Shown: in pieces, positions 49,379 to 63,092 of the stretch | Numbering within the stretch: the stretch's first letter is position 1 | How the letters are laid out: every line of letters starts with the position of its first letter | Assembly: GCA_013265495.1 (NCBI GenBank) | Contig: MU058718.1 | Span: 372,001 to 436,000, forward strand | Reading direction: 5' to 3' | Source of the DNA: Vicugna vicugna | Taxonomy: Eukaryota | Length of the DNA: 64,000 nucleotides | Translations under genes and position numbers: made by a program | The notes under the pieces: model-generated | Database searches by the model: none | What the model was told of the DNA's origin: nothing | The model's input: only the letters and a program-made list of their open reading frames with translations

Positions 49379-50039
49379 GTAAATTCAAGATTATTAGGAA
49401 GAATTTGTTACTGTTGAACTGTTGGACACAAATGTTGAAGTTCAATACAAAAAGTTAATAAGATAAAAACAAAAATACATCTTTTGTAGTATGGATTTTC
49501 AGAAAGAAGAGTTTAGTACAAATACCACTACACCCCTAATACCTCAGAACATATTTCTGTTTTTGCCAAATTGTCCCCTTATTACATAAGGGTAATAAAC
49601 ATATTAGAGTTGTAAATAAACAAACTTAAGCAGTACAGAATTTGTAGAAAATGAAAATTCCACCCAGAATTCTACTCTCAGGTAAAACTACAGTTAATAA
49701 TTAATAGTTAATCCACCCAGCCTTGGGCAACTACTGATCTGGATTTTTTTGTCAGTGTTGATTAGATTTGAAACTTCTCTTTAAAAAAAAACACACACAC
49801 ACTGAAAAGTGTTATTAGTACTATTTGTTAGTTTGACTTTAACTTAATATATTTAGACTTCTTAGATTATTTTGGCAGGTAGGTAAGTAGGTAGGTAGAT
49901 ACAGAGACAAAAAAAGTATGGTAGAAAAGCAATGGATACAGAATCTGTATTTTTTTTAGCTGATCATATGCTTATACATTTGATCATAGATTTTACTAAC
50001 CCCCAGGTGATTTGAAATTAAAACCCTTCTAACTGGATA

Positions 50040-50200
50040 CATTAGTTCCTTGCTGCTCAGAGTATGGTCCACAAAGTAGGGGTATGGGGCACCTGGTACC
50101 ATGTTGAAACACAGTCACAGACCTCAGACCTTCTGAATCAGAATCTGCATTTTAACAAGATCCTCAGGTGATAGAGTATGCATTAAAGCCTGAAAAACAC
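50040..50200. mobile_element. MER5A-like hAT MITE
   Basis: ctgaatcagaatctgcattttaacaagatcctcaggtgat. Confidence 0.8.
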
Positions 50201-51060
50201 CAAATTGGGTCATTTTTAACATTTTAATTGGTTTCCTAATTTACACATTATAAAATCAACTCAATACTTCATTAGTGCATTAAATCAGTTTATTTAAATA
50301 AATCACTGTTGACCCAGTGTCTGTAACTCAGGATATCTTACATAATTAGAACATTTATTTCCATGTGCAGATTTGATTTCAAATATCCTCTTTGTTTTCC
50401 TAGATACGTTATTTTACAGTCATAGACAATGTTATCTTTTTATTTTAAATTTGAATTTACAATTACTGTTCAGGAATTCAGTACTGCTTCTGATTCCAAA
50501 TACTATGGTATCTACATTCTGAAGCTTAAGTTTCATAATAACTCACTTACATGCATGTATATATGCAAAGAAAAAAGACTGGAAATACCCATCAAATTGT
50601 GAACAGAGGTTGGTGATCTCACTGGTGGGATTATATATGACTTTTTTTCTTTTTCTTTTTGTTCTCCATTGTTATTATTATTATTTGCAATGAGAGAACT
50701 GTTGTCTAATGTTTTGATGCTTCCTTTTTTAAAATTTGGTTGTGATTTTTATGTGTATTTGCATCCTAGGTTTGTACTCTACAGATTTTAGCCTGCCTTT
50801 TTCTCCATTTTACATTATGTTGTGAGCATTTTCCTTTAGCTTTAAATATTCTTCAATAACATGACTGTTAATGGTTTTAATGTGGTCCCTTTTAAAGATA
50901 TTTCATAATTACTTTCTTAAAGCCATTTTTGCACTGTTTGTGTATGATAGAAAAAATAAGCTATTTGATTTTGTTACTGGATATTATGACTAGGTTTTTT
51001 TATATATACAAAATGTCAAATATGGATGTTTGATTGTTTCTGTCTTGTTTTAATTTTTAG

Positions 51061-51302
51061 CAAGCTTCACTGCCTGCACTTTAGTTCTTGGGATTCAAGT
51101 AAAGAGTGGATAGTAGACATGCCTCAAAATGAAGATATTGAAGCCATATGTCTTGGTCAGGGTTGGGCTGCTGCTGCCACTAGCACCTTGCTTCTTCGCT
51201 TATTTACCATTGGAGGTGTTCAAAAAGAGGTGTTCAGTCTTCCTGGGCCTGTGGTGTCAATGGCAGGACATGGAGAACAACTTGTCATTATTTATCATAG
51301 AG
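51061..51302 (+). CDS. WDHD1: WDHD1 coding exon (KLHCLHFSSWDSSKEW...IIYHR)
   Basis: tttag| ... G|gtagat. Confidence 0.95.
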
Positions 51303-51699
51303 GTAGATTTTTTTTCTAGTCTTTCACAATTTTGCCGTGACCTGAGCTTTTCTGTAAAATGAAAATTACTTGGGCTTTTTTTCCCTCTCTCTTTTTGTTT
51401 TGGTTTATATCTCCTTTTGCGATTTTTTTAAACATTTGAATTGGTATAATCTTTGTAGAGAATTTTGTTGTTTTCAGTAGTAGCAATGAAAGCAAAAACA
51501 GTTTATTTATAGAAAAACTGTACTGTAGAAAGAATTCTAAGGTAGAGTTTTGTTAATTGCTTCCATGTCCATATCTTCCAGATCTTATAAGAATTATGAG
51601 AGTTTAAATGTCTCAAAAAATAAACTAACTCTTTATGTGAAGGACCAAAATGGCTTTGAATGTGACTTTTAAAAAGTTGCTGCTTCCTTTTTATCACTT

Positions 51700-53205
51700 C
51701 GTATTCTTCCTTCGGTCCCCACCACTATGCTAAGACTGGTTTTATCAAGGTTACCGATGATCTTTTTATGCTTATTTAAGTAATTCTACTAGAAATATTT
51801 TCTTTTGTCTTCTGTGACATCACTCTCCCAATTTCTTCCTTACTGATAACTCCTTGAGCTCCTTTGCTGGCTCCTCCTCCTATGCCAGCCCTTTAGGTGG
51901 AATGTTCTAGGGCTCAGTTGCAGTCCCTCTTCTCTGGTACTCTCACTAGGTCAGGATCTGTCAATTTTTCAACTGCTTAGACCTAGTGAAAAATTCTTTC
52001 TGTTGCTATTCTATGCATACCTGCAGATATAATAAAAGTCTCGTGGACAACATTTACTCTTTGATTTCATTGTTCTTTAAGTGCTGGTTATAATACTAAA
52101 TTGATTTCATGACTCAGGAAAAAATGCAGTTTGAGAAACTACCCTGGGTTATCTCAAGACCTGTGGCATTACATACATCTATGTGTTCACGACTTCTAAA
52201 TTAATATTACCAACCCTTCTCTCTCCTTGTGTCTCCAGACTCACAGATCTAGTTGTCCACTTGAAATCTCTATTTTGATGTACATCTCAAACTTAACTTT
52301 GTCACAGTAAAACCTCTGGGTTTTTTTCCCCCCACAAACTTACATCTTAGTTTTCCCATCTCCGTAAATGGCATACTATCAATTTAACTTCTCAAGCCAG
52401 AAATATAAAAGTTATCCTTGATTCTTCTCTTTCCCTCACCCCCACATCATCTGCATTGGCAAAATTGTATCATGTCATTTCACCCAACACTTTCCAAATC
52501 TGTCTCTTCATCTCCACTAAAACCCCAGTCCAAACCAGATGTCATCTCTTGGACTATCTCATAACCTCCTAACTACTTTTCAGCTTCAATTCTTGCCTTC
52601 CACAATCCATTCTCCACATAGCAGCCTAGGTGATCTTTTAAAACATAAATCAGACCACAGCCCTCTCCTGCTTAGATTCCTCTGATGACTTCCTGTTGCT
52701 TTAGAATGAAAATCAAACTTCTTACTGCAGTTGACAAGGTCCTATGTGATCTGACCTTTGCCTGCCTTTTCAACCTCAACTCTTACCACTTTTTCTTGCT
52801 ACTCGTTCTGGCCCTACTGACTGCTTTGTGTTCTTCAGACTCACAAGTTCCCACTTCGGGACCTTTTCATTAGCTGTTCCCTGTCTGCTGTAGTGCTCCT
52901 CCCCATATCATTTGGGTGACTAGCTCCAACTTGCAAATCATATCTCAGTTTAAATTTCACTTTCTTGGAAGGGCTACCTTTGTCTGTCCAATCTAAAATA
53001 GCCACTTAGTCTGACACTCTATCACATTAGTATTTTAATCTTTGATAATAACACTTAGCATTTTTTTCTCTCTTTTTTTAAATTAGTTTTTCCTTTCTAC
53101 CTGAGCATGAATTTCATGAGAATAGGGACTTTGTCTTCTTTACCATTATAACCTCTGTACCTGGCACAAAGTAAGCTCTCTGTAAATATTTCTTGAGTGA
53201 ATGAA
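51700..53205 (-). mobile_element. L2 LINE
   Basis: Pyrimidine-rich L2 phrases (catctcaaacttaac; atccttgattcttctctttccctcacccc) ending gagtgaatgaat. Confidence 0.8.
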
Positions 53206-53424
53206 TTACCACTTAGAAACACTTTATAGAAATAGTCCTTGTAATGTAATATTCTGCTTCTAATACCCGAATGGTGCTTCAGTTAGGTAGGTTATCTATA
53301 AAAAGTAGTGCTAATTAATCTAGGAATTTAACACAAAATCAGTTCAATTCACAGAAAATAATTCAGACTGCATTATAGCTAAATAACCATGGATACCTGA
53401 TTTATATTTCCATTTTCTGACTAG

Positions 53425-53562
53425 GTACAGGATTTGATGGTGATCAGTGCCTTGGAGCTCAACTGCTAGAGCTGGGGAAAAAGAAAAAACAAATTTTACA
53501 TGGTGATCCTCTTCCTCTTACAAGGAAATCCTATCTTGTATGGGTTGGATTTTCAGCTGAAG
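53425..53562 (+). CDS. WDHD1: WDHD1 coding exon (TGFDGDQCLGAQLLELGKKKKQILHGDPLPLTRKSYLVWVGFSAE)
   Basis: actag| acceptor; frame continuity with the next exon requires the GC donor GAAG|gcaaga. Confidence 0.92.
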
Positions 53563-53914
53563 GCAAGATAAATTCATTTATTAAAATTAAAGACACTTTT
53601 TCAAGAAAATTGTTTCATTATTTTAATCGTAATTAGTTTGTTTAAAGATAAATAGTCAATATTTTATGTTTAAATTTCTTTGTATTAATATATTGGCAGA
53701 ACTAGAAATGAATTGTTAGTTAAGGTAGCCACTGCTTTGTATACAAGTCTCTTCGTCAGAATTCTGATTAGAAAACTTACAAAGAGGAAAATATATTTTA
53801 CTGAACATTTATTAGCTAGCAAGGAGGAAATCCAAATCACGGCTAAAGTTCTAGCTTTTCTAGAAGATTCTACACAAACATCAAGAATTTTCTACTACTG
53901 CACAATCCACTGCC

Positions 53915-54210
53915 GTAAACACTAGCCATTGTGGCTATAGAGCACTTGAAATGTGGCTAATCTGAATTGAGATGTGCTGTAAGTGTAAAATATTCTCCAG
54001 ATTTTGGAGGCTTAGTATGAGAAGTGAAAGACGTCAGTAATTCTTTTACGGTGATTACATGTTAAGATGATAATATTTGGATATATTAGAGTTAATAAAA
54101 TAGATTATTAAAATTAACTTTACTTTTTCCCCCTTTTCTCATGTGGCAGTAGGAAATTTAAAATTAGGCTTGTGGCTCACATGGTATTTCTATTGAACAA
54201 TGCTATTGTA
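53915..54210. mobile_element. MER33-like hAT MITE
   Basis: gagcacttgaaatgtggcta...gagatgtgctgtaagtgtaaaa...atttctattgaacaatgct. Confidence 0.8.
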
Positions 54211-55104
54211 GACTCACTTAATAGTGGCTTATGATATGATTTGAAGGACACTGAGGAATACCTTATTTTAAGGCACCTATTAACCCTATCTTCTAGCCTA
54301 AATATTTCTATGATTGGAGATTCATGCGCCTTTAATTACATTATTGGAAACTCCAGCTTACCCTTAAAAAATCACCCAATTCTGGATGTGTTTTCTATTG
54401 GAATATTACAAGTCACTTGGCTTTAAATGTGACCATTAGTAACTTCCATTCATATGGCTTTATTTTTCTCTCCCAGTTACCAGTCAGATCTAGACTCTGA
54501 GGAAACTGCTGTTTGCAGAGTGAAATCACAGATAAAAAAGGAATAATTAGGGAATTTGCCATGTGCTTCTTGAAATGGGAGCAGAGTAGATAGAAACGGG
54601 GATCCTTGTTTTCTAGGTAAGCCTACGAGTTGGGGAACAGCATAGTGACAAGGCTAAGAAAGAGGGGGAGGAAGAATACTAAGACGGACTTCTCCACATC
54701 ATCACCTTACATCAGGTTCTGGTCATTTTTCCAAGTCTCTCTTAACCAAGGAAACTTCAGACTGAAATTTAACTTTTTTACTAAAATTGACTTTTAAAAA
54801 ACTGCCATATTCCAGCAGGTGGCATAGTTTTCACTGAAATGATCAGGTTTTTACCCTCATTATTTGGATAAATTTTAGTCATATCATGTGCAGTTTTTTT
54901 TTCTCTTTATTCAGTTAGGTCTTACTCTATGTGGTTAATGAAAATCTATGGGAAATAATCTTGAATTATTTGCCGTTTTGTTTTGTTTTTTTGCTTTATG
55001 CTTTTGAATTGAAAGTTGAATGATTGGTATTTGTTTTTGAAAAGGGATATATTTAACAAATATGTAGCTATGTCTCTGTGATTTGTTTTTTTATTGTTGT
55101 ATAG

Positions 55105-55261
55105 GTACCCCATGTTATGTGGATTCGGAAGGCATTGTTCGAATGCTCAACAGAGGACTTGGTAATACATGGACTCCCATTTGTAACACAAGAGAACACT
55201 GCAAAGGAAAATCTGATCACTACTGGGTGGTTGGTATCCATGAAAAACCCCAGCAGCTGAG
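55105..55261 (+). CDS. WDHD1: WDHD1 coding exon (TPCYVDSEGIVRML...HEKPQQL); last coding exon seen, gene continues beyond the window
   Basis: tatag| ... AG|gtgggc. The next expected exon (CIPCKGS...) was not found in 55.3-64 kb. Confidence 0.93.
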
Positions 55262-55759
55262 GTGGGCTATTAGGAGATGCTTAGCTGACTCTTCTTAAAA
55301 AGTACTTTGAAATTCTTTGCATTGTGCTCTTTAAAGGTATTTTTAAAATTTGTCTTTCACCTTAGTTCATTTACATGCTTTCCATATTCACTAAGTTAGG
55401 AATTTGTTTATATTCACTTTGAAGTTTTTAGCTAATTTCTTGACTTGAAACTTATTGAACAAAATAGAAATTAAGTTTATTGGTATTATTAGCATCATTT
55501 CAGCCAGACAAGGAGGGGAGTTCTGGCTAATCATGGCATTTCATCTTTTATTACAGCCTTTTATTTAAAACTGTGATTTAGAGTTGGATGTACCGTTTAG
55601 CTGCTTTTTGAGATGTTTAGCTTAATTATTGTTATGGGGAGAGGGTTAGTAGGGGTTTAGTAGTTGACTGCAAGTGTGGAATTCTCAGTTCATATAGTCT
55701 CTGTTCAGTATTCTGTTTTATGTTTTCCTCTGTCTTGACACCTGATATCATCTGGGTCT

Positions 55760-56990
55760 AAAAGACTGTTGGTGACATTGTGTAGGTACTTGGTGAGCAA
55801 AGAAGTCTCTGCTTTCCTGGAGCTTATAGTCTGATTTAGGAGACAGATAGCAGAAACAAGTAACTATTAATTACTTCTTGGGGAAGATGCCACTAATTAA
55901 TCTGATTCAACTCATGACAGACAATAACAGAAGAACATTTTCTAGGTGCTATGGTCACAGAAGACTCTTAATGGAGGTAGTATTTAGAATGAGATCTGGA
56001 GGTCAAGGGGTCTGTTATGGAAGAAATAAACTGAAAAGCAGTCCATGTTGCATAAACAACATGCACAAGGGCCCTGAGGTCAGAAAGAACTTGGTGTGTT
56101 TGAGGAATTGAAAGGATATAAACTTGGCTAGAGTGCAAAGAAGTAGGGGGTGGCAGGGAACATAAGTCCAAGTTGGTATTAGTAAGTTAGATAGAGAAGT
56201 TTGGACTTCCTTTGAATTATAGATAGAGAAGTTTGGACTTCCTTTGAAGTGTGTCAAGAAGCCATTTAAGGGTTTTATGCAGCAGAATGATGTAATCTGA
56301 TTTATACTACAAAAATGAAAATATATGTGGTAAATGGATTCACAGAGGTAAGATCAGGCATAGGGAGAACAGTTTTCAACTAGGGGGTTTTCCACTTTTT
56401 GGGGATGTTTGGAAATGTAGGGTATTGTTTTTAGCTATCACAATGATTAGGAATTATTCTGTCATTCAGAAAGCTGGGGCCTAGGTTGTTAAATATCTTA
56501 GAGTGTGTGGGATGGTCTTGCTCAACTACAAATTTTCCTTCCTCAAATGCTATTAGTTTGAGGAGAATTTTGTAGTCATCTCACTGAGCTATAATTATGG
56601 CTGGAACTAGTGTGGAGCAATGGAAACTAAGAGAAGCAGATTCAAGATAGAAACAGTAAGATTTGCTAGTAGATTGGGGGTTGGGAATGAGAGAAGAATC
56701 ATTGACACCCATGTTTCTAGTTAAAGCTGTTAGATCGATAGTGGTACCATTTAGAGAAATAAGGAAGATGAAAATGAATTCTCTTGGTGTTAAACCTGCA
56801 AAATAGTCAAATGAAGATATCAAGAAGATACTGGAATATATGATTCAAATTCAGAGAAATTTTGGCTGGAGATACACATTTGGGAATCATCAGATTATAG
56901 AAGGTATATAAAGTTATAGCAATAAATAAAAAGAGACAAAAAGTCTCAGAACCCAGCCCTAGTGGAGACTATTTCAAGAAAGAGGCAATA
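55760..56990 (+). mobile_element. L2 fragments with a nested MER20-like insert (about 56370-56560)
   Basis: ctgctttcctggagcttatagtct; caagggccctgagg; tttgggaatcatcag. Confidence 0.6.
56188..56248. repeat. Perfect 29-bp tandem duplication
   Basis: TAGATAGAGAAGTTTGGACTTCCTTTGAA at 56188-56216 and 56220-56248. Confidence 0.95.
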
Positions 56991-57309
56991 GTCAGGGAAA
57001 TAAATGGCTCTAAATATATGAAAAGTGATTAATGTCACTCAAAATAAGATAAATACAAATCAAAACTAAAAAGAGAATTCTCTTTTTACCTAGCAAATTA
57101 GAAAAATCTGTAAATTTGATAACATTCTTAGTTGGTGAGGCTGTAGGGAAATAATTACATTTACATATTGCTGATGGGAGTATAAATTGGCTATAGTCCC
57201 TGTGGAAGGCAATTTGTGAAGAACTATCAGATTTAGACCCAGTGGTTCTGCCTGTAGGATTTATCCTACAGATATACTAGTACTTGCTATTTAAAGTATG
57301 ATCCATGGA

Positions 57310-58110
57310 AAAGAAAACAAATAACAAATGTTGGCGAGGATATGGAGAAAAGGGAACCCTTGTACACTGTTGATGGGAATGTAAATTAATGCAGCCACTG
57401 TGGAAAACAATGTGGAGGCTCTTCAAAAAAACAAAAAATAGAACTACCATATGACCCAGCAATTCCACTCCTCAGTATGTATCCAAAAAAAATTAAAACA
57501 CTAATTAGAAAAGATACATGCACTCCAGTGTTCATAGCAGCATTATTTACAATTGCCAAGATACAGAAGCAACCTAAGTGTCCACAACAGATGAGTGAAT
57601 AAAGAAGATGTGTGTGTGTGTGTGTGTGTGTGTGTATACACACACACACGTGTGCACGCGCGCGCGCGCGCAATGGAATATTACTCAGCCTTAAAAAGGA
57701 GTGAAACTAACTTGCAACAACATGGTAGACTTGGAGGGTGTTATGCTAAGTGGAATAAGTCAGGCAGAGAAAGGCAATACTGTATGATATCATTTATATG
57801 TAGAATATAAAAAATACAGCAAACTAATGAATATAATAAAAAAAGAAATAGTCAAAGATAAAGAGAACAAACTAGTAGTTACCAACCGGAAGAGAGAAGG
57901 GGGAGGGGCAACCTAGGGGTAGGGGATTAAGAGGCACAAACTATTAATGTATAAAATAAGTTACAAGGATATACTGTACAACATAAGAAATGTAGTATTT
58001 TATAGTAACTATAAGTGGAGTATAACCTTTAAAAATTGTGAAAAACTATTTGTACACCTGTAATGTATATAATATTGTATATTAACTATACTTCAATTAA
58101 AAAAATAATG
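57310..58110 (+). mobile_element. L1 3' portion inserted into a MER5A-like element
   Basis: L1 ORF2-end/3'UTR with A-tail. Decayed TSD AAGTATGATCCATGGA (57294-57309) / AAGTACAACCCGTGGA (58111-58126); MER5A-like sequence resumes at 58127-58247. Confidence 0.85.
57609..57672. repeat. Compound (TG)n/(CA)n/(CG)7 microsatellite
   Basis: Read directly from the sequence. Confidence 0.95.
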
Positions 58111-58414
58111 AAGTACAACCCGTGGACCAGCAGCATCAGCATTACCATTAGAAATGCTGAACCTCAGGCATCACATCAGATCTACTGAATCAGAACCTAC
58201 ATTTTAACAAGATCTTGTGCACATTAAAGTTTAGGAATTACTGCTGCTAGCATATGTGGGGGAATATGTAAAAGATATCCTACATTTTAGGATTATTAAT
58301 ATTAGCAAAAGATTGGAAACCTAAATTCTCATTAGTAGAAGAATACAGACATATGTTCTGTATCACTGTACATGAGAACTATTCAGCTCTTTTTAATAAG
58401 GGTGAAGCAAATTA

Positions 58415-59330
58415 TGTATGTGTTAAGGGATGTGCATCCAGAATATATAAAGATCTCTTACAACTCAAAAAAAGACAGCTCAGCCAAAAAATAAGCAAAT
58501 GATTTGAATAGACATTTCTCCAGAGAAGATACACACATGACCAGTAAGCATGTGAAAAGATATTAACTTCATTAGTCATTAGGGTAATGCATGTCATAAC
58601 CACAGAGATGCCACTTTACACTCACTAGGCTATAATCTAAAAGATGGACAATAACAAGTGTTGATCAGGCTGTGGAGAAGTTGGAACCCTCAGACATCTC
58701 TGGGTGGGGATGTGAAATGATAAGGTTTGGCAGTTCCTCAAAAATTTAGACATATGGCCCACTTCTAGGTATGTGAGACAGAGTTGAAAACATGTGCATT
58801 GAAAAACTTGTATGTGAATGTTCAAAGTACCCTTATTTATAATAGCCAAAAAGTAAAAACAACCCAAATGTTCAATAAGTGGTGAATGGATAAACAATAG
58901 GTATATCCATCCAGTGGAATATTATTTGGCTATAAAAAGGGATGAAGTACTGTTACATGTTACAACATGGATGAACCTTGAAAACATTATACTAAGTGAA
59001 AGAAGCCAGACACAAAAGGCCACATATTAAATGACTCCATTTATATGAAATGTCCAGAATATGCAAATCTATAGAAATAGAAGGTAGATTAGTGGTTGCC
59101 AGGGGCTCACAGGGGAGGGAGCAGTGGAGAATAGGGTGTGACTACTAATGGGTATGAGGTTTCTGTTTGGGGTGATGAAAACGTTTTGGAATTAAATAGT
59201 GGTGATAGATGGACAACTGTGAATATACTAAAACTTGAATTGTGCACTCTATGGTATGATATGGCTATGATACATTCTGTGTGAACTTTGTAGCATATGA
59301 CATATCTCAATAAAGTTACTATTTAAAAGA
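58415..59330 (+). mobile_element. L1MA/MB-type 3' end
   Basis: acaacatggatgaaccttgaaaacattatactaagtgaaagaagccagacacaaaaggccacata; ends tatctcaataaag. Confidence 0.85.
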
Positions 59331-60929
59331 GTAAGGATGCTGTAAGATCTGCAAGATGCATTAAGTGAAATGAAAACCATTTGTATAAAAGGTGAGAAAG
59401 AATAAGAATAGATAATTATTTGTTTATATATGCAGAAGAATTCCTGTAAGAGTAAAAAGGAAACTAACAACAGTAGTTATCTTGTAGAGAGAAATTCAGT
59501 GGATAGTATAGGAGACTTTTCTGTATTCTTTTTTATACTTTTTTTGTGCATATAAATGTATTACTTACTCAAAAACTAAATAAATTGATTTTTTTTTTAT
59601 AAATGAAAGAGGTAATTCAGTAACCTAAATCTGGGAAGACTAGAATTCAGATTCAAGAAGACTTTTTTACTATTCCATCTAAGATTTATTCAAGTAAGAT
59701 GATTCATTTTGTTTCTTAATATTATCTTAAGGAGGTATGCGAAATTATTCATTTGCAATGAATAATTCTGTTTTTCATTTAATTTAATGTTACAAGTATC
59801 TTATCAAGTTCAATTTTTACACCCCCTAGTAATTTATACAACTGACTTTCTTTTCTTGCTTTACAGTTAAGATCTGTAAAGAGTTTTAACTCTCATTAAA
59901 AGACATGATAATTATAGCTGGTAACATTTAACTGTTAAATTCAACATGAGATTTTTTTAAATGGGCTCTAAATTATAGTGTTTAGGCTTGGAAGAATTTT
60001 AGAAATTGTCTAGGCCAGTGGCTCCTATAATTTTTAAGTATAAGAACCCTTTTAAATGAGCATTTCATGACCTCCAAATGATAGCAGCTTTATAGTGTCA
60101 GTTGGTAGAGAAAATCCATAATAACAGAAAGCTTCTGTAGACCTAAAAATATATATTTTAACATACATTTGTATTTATAAACTATATCATCTGTATGCAT
60201 GTGAAAATTCTAGTATGTAAAATGGGACCTCTTTTTTTCATTCTACTTACAGTTCATGGTACCTTTGTGAATGCATGGTTGCAATAGCTCAGCAGCCCTA
60301 CAGGGATAAAAAAAAAAATGGGAACCACCAATTTCTTTTGGTCCAGTTCCTGTGCTCTGCCTTCACTCCCAGTCCTTCTCTCCAGTTTTTATAGATGAGA
60401 AAACCAAGGCCCAAAAAGACTCATTGAATGAATAAACTTGTTTGTTAAGGACTGGCTTATTTGAGGAGGATAATTGAATTACTGAGGGGACTTTGATTTG
60501 GCAGACATTTGAAACACTGAGTGGATATGTTGAAAAATGTATATATTATGATAAATTGTTCAGAGTTTTTAAATTATTTTCTTGAATTTATTCTGGAAGA
60601 ATCGACTTGAATAAGAATATATTTCAAAGGTTGGAAGCTACATTTCTCAGTATGGCCTACTGCACTTCTCATACCAGCTTTCACTACATTTAGACACCTT
60701 TAGAGATGATTAATTTCCTTCTTGTGGATGAAGAGGTACATGAAAGCCCAGGAAGAAAATTGTACAACCACCTTTAGTAGCTTACTGCTGTGTTTAATGA
60801 GACTTACCTGTCCTTGCTATCAAGAAATTCCCCCTTGTGTGTATTTAAATCTCTAATGCTTTCATTTCCTCTCAGAGTTCATTCATGGTAAAGATGGCAA
60901 ACTACTTGCTCCCCTGGAAAGGCCACATT

Positions 60930-61160
60930 TCCTAGTGGTCCAGAGCTGAAGTCTGCTGTGGTGTCCTGGCTGAAATGCTCACTGTGTAGCCCTGGCTGTG
61001 ACACTTAGACTCCCTGTGCCTCTGTTTCTTCATTTCTAAAACCAAGTTGAAACTAGTACCCATCTCACAGAGCTGCTGTGAAGATGAAGTGTTACAGCAG
61101 TACCTAGAACAGTGCCTGGCCCTTAGCACGTGTTCATTGAATATCAGCTATTAATAATAA
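60930..61160 (+). mobile_element. MIR SINE
   Basis: ctgtgcctctgtttcttcatttctaaa...agaacagtgcctggc. Confidence 0.75.
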
Positions 61161-62203
61161 CAACAGTGGTTTTCTTACCATCTCTAAGGCATTTAGCCTT
61201 GTATTTCATGGTTAATGACATTTATTTCTTTAATCTCTTCATTTTAAATATGTTTTCTAACCCAGATTCAGCAGTATGTATGCTTTCTTTTTGATGAGGA
61301 AATACATTTTGTTAAAAAACAATTTTTTTAAGTTTATTTGAGTCAGTACAAAACACCTGCCTTTAACTACTGATCTATAGTATATCACTCCTATCTCTGT
61401 TAAAAATGAACTTCAGTTTAGCAAAAACTGTCTTTATGGTTTCCCGTGAAGATTTTTTTCATGATCACTGCTGGTTAATGCATAACTCAAAGTTTACTGA
61501 TTTTTCATAGTCTATAATCTAATTTGCTGTCTACAACCATCAACCTTTTCTCTTTAGTTTTTAAAAGCTCACTCTTAAGAGTACACTTGAAAACAATTTT
61601 ATTTTTTTGCAAGTTGTGTTCATTTGACAAGCATTTGTTAAAGTACTGACTGTATGTCTTGTGCTACATAAACATAAATAAGCCAAGCGGCCTGGAAGAG
61701 TTGGTTGGTAAAATCAGTGCTTACTCCTGAGTCAGTGCTATAAAAGAGTTGTGAACAAAATCCCCTCAAATGAGAAAGAGTCCCATGCAACACAGAAGAC
61801 AAAACAAAACTCACTGACTTATGGAGACTTAGTCTGGACACTGGTCCCAGTTTTTTCTAGTTTGCTATTTTTCAACACTTTCTTTAATATGATTTGAGAA
61901 CAAATTTTGTGATTTATTTGAAAAGGAATTGAAGTTATTTTGTCTCCTTAGCGTACTGTTTGTTTTTTCACATTTTCTCCTCTAAGTGGTTTAATCACAG
62001 TTTCCAGGAAACTCATTCATTGTAGGCAAACCCCATCAAATTAGCAGTCAAATGAGTTTGTTTTTTCCTCTTCTTCCATGAAAGAGATATTTAACAGAGG
62101 AAAAGTCTTTTTACTTTAAGTCTTTAAAGCTAAGAAAAGGATGAGAAGGTGCTCTGCTTTGATGTAAATGTGGTTTTTTAAAAAGCTATTAATAAAATCT
62201 TAA

Positions 62204-62342
62204 AGAGGGAGGGTATATATCTCAGTGGCAGAGTACATGCCTAGCATGCATGAGGTCCTGGGTTCAATCCCCAGTACCTCCATTAAAATAAATAAATATA
62301 TAAACCTAATTACCCCCAAAAAACTTGTTTTAAGTACAAAAA
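62204..62342 (+). mobile_element. tRNA-derived SINE (camelid Vic-like)
   Basis: A/B boxes (ctcagtggcagag; ggttcaatccc); TSD AAAATCTTAA at 62194-62203 and 62343-62352. Confidence 0.88.
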
Positions 62343-62933
62343 AAAATCTTAATTTTTCTTTGTTATAATTGCTCACTAAATCAATGAAGTATTTGAGTTG
62401 TAAAATGTTTTTAAACAAAAAAAAATCACTTTATAGGAAAAAAATATTAAGGCAATTAAGATTACTCCCAATCTTCCTCCTAATTTTGTTAATGTATATA
62501 TGTATGTAATTGGACTCGTCCTTTCTGAATACACATGTTCTGTCTTCCATTTTGCATGACTAATAAACCTACGGTTTTATGAATAGGTGCATGACAGAAT
62601 TACCACAAGAGATTTTTCAGACTCAGAGCATTCACACTGCCACTTGATACTGTGTGGTGAAAACCACTGATTTATATGAAGTCATAAAAGAGGAGGAAGA
62701 AAGAAGTGAGATTTATGTTAAAAAATATTGGAACTCTAAAAACATCTTTGTTTTTGTTGTATAGTCACCAAAAAAAGGAAAAGATATATTTAAATCTTAG
62801 TAGAAAGGGGACCTATGTAGTTTGAAAAAGATTTCTGGGTATTACAGCTTACTCATTTTTTAATACTCTAGTGGGCATTTGATAATACTAGAAGATATTT
62901 ATGAAAAAAATTAAATCCAAGGGCCTGATTTCT

Positions 62934-63092
62934 TTTTTTAATCATTTCTTCTTTTTCTTGTTGGTTTTTTTAGGGGAGAGGGTGGTAATGAGGTTTATTT
63001 ATTTATTTTTAATGAAGGTACTAGGGATTGAACCCAGGACCCCATGCATGCTAAGCATACACTCTGTCACTGAGCTATACCCTCCGCCCCTA
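62934..63092 (-). mobile_element. tRNA-derived SINE (camelid Vic-like)
   Basis: TSD CAAGGGCCT(G/A)ATTTCT at 62918-62933 and 63093-63108. Confidence 0.9.

Noticed and set aside
62580..62620. Possible next WDHD1 exon (tag|GTGCAT...)
   Set aside because: Translation does not continue as the expected CIPCKGSRFPP; the next exon probably lies beyond the window.
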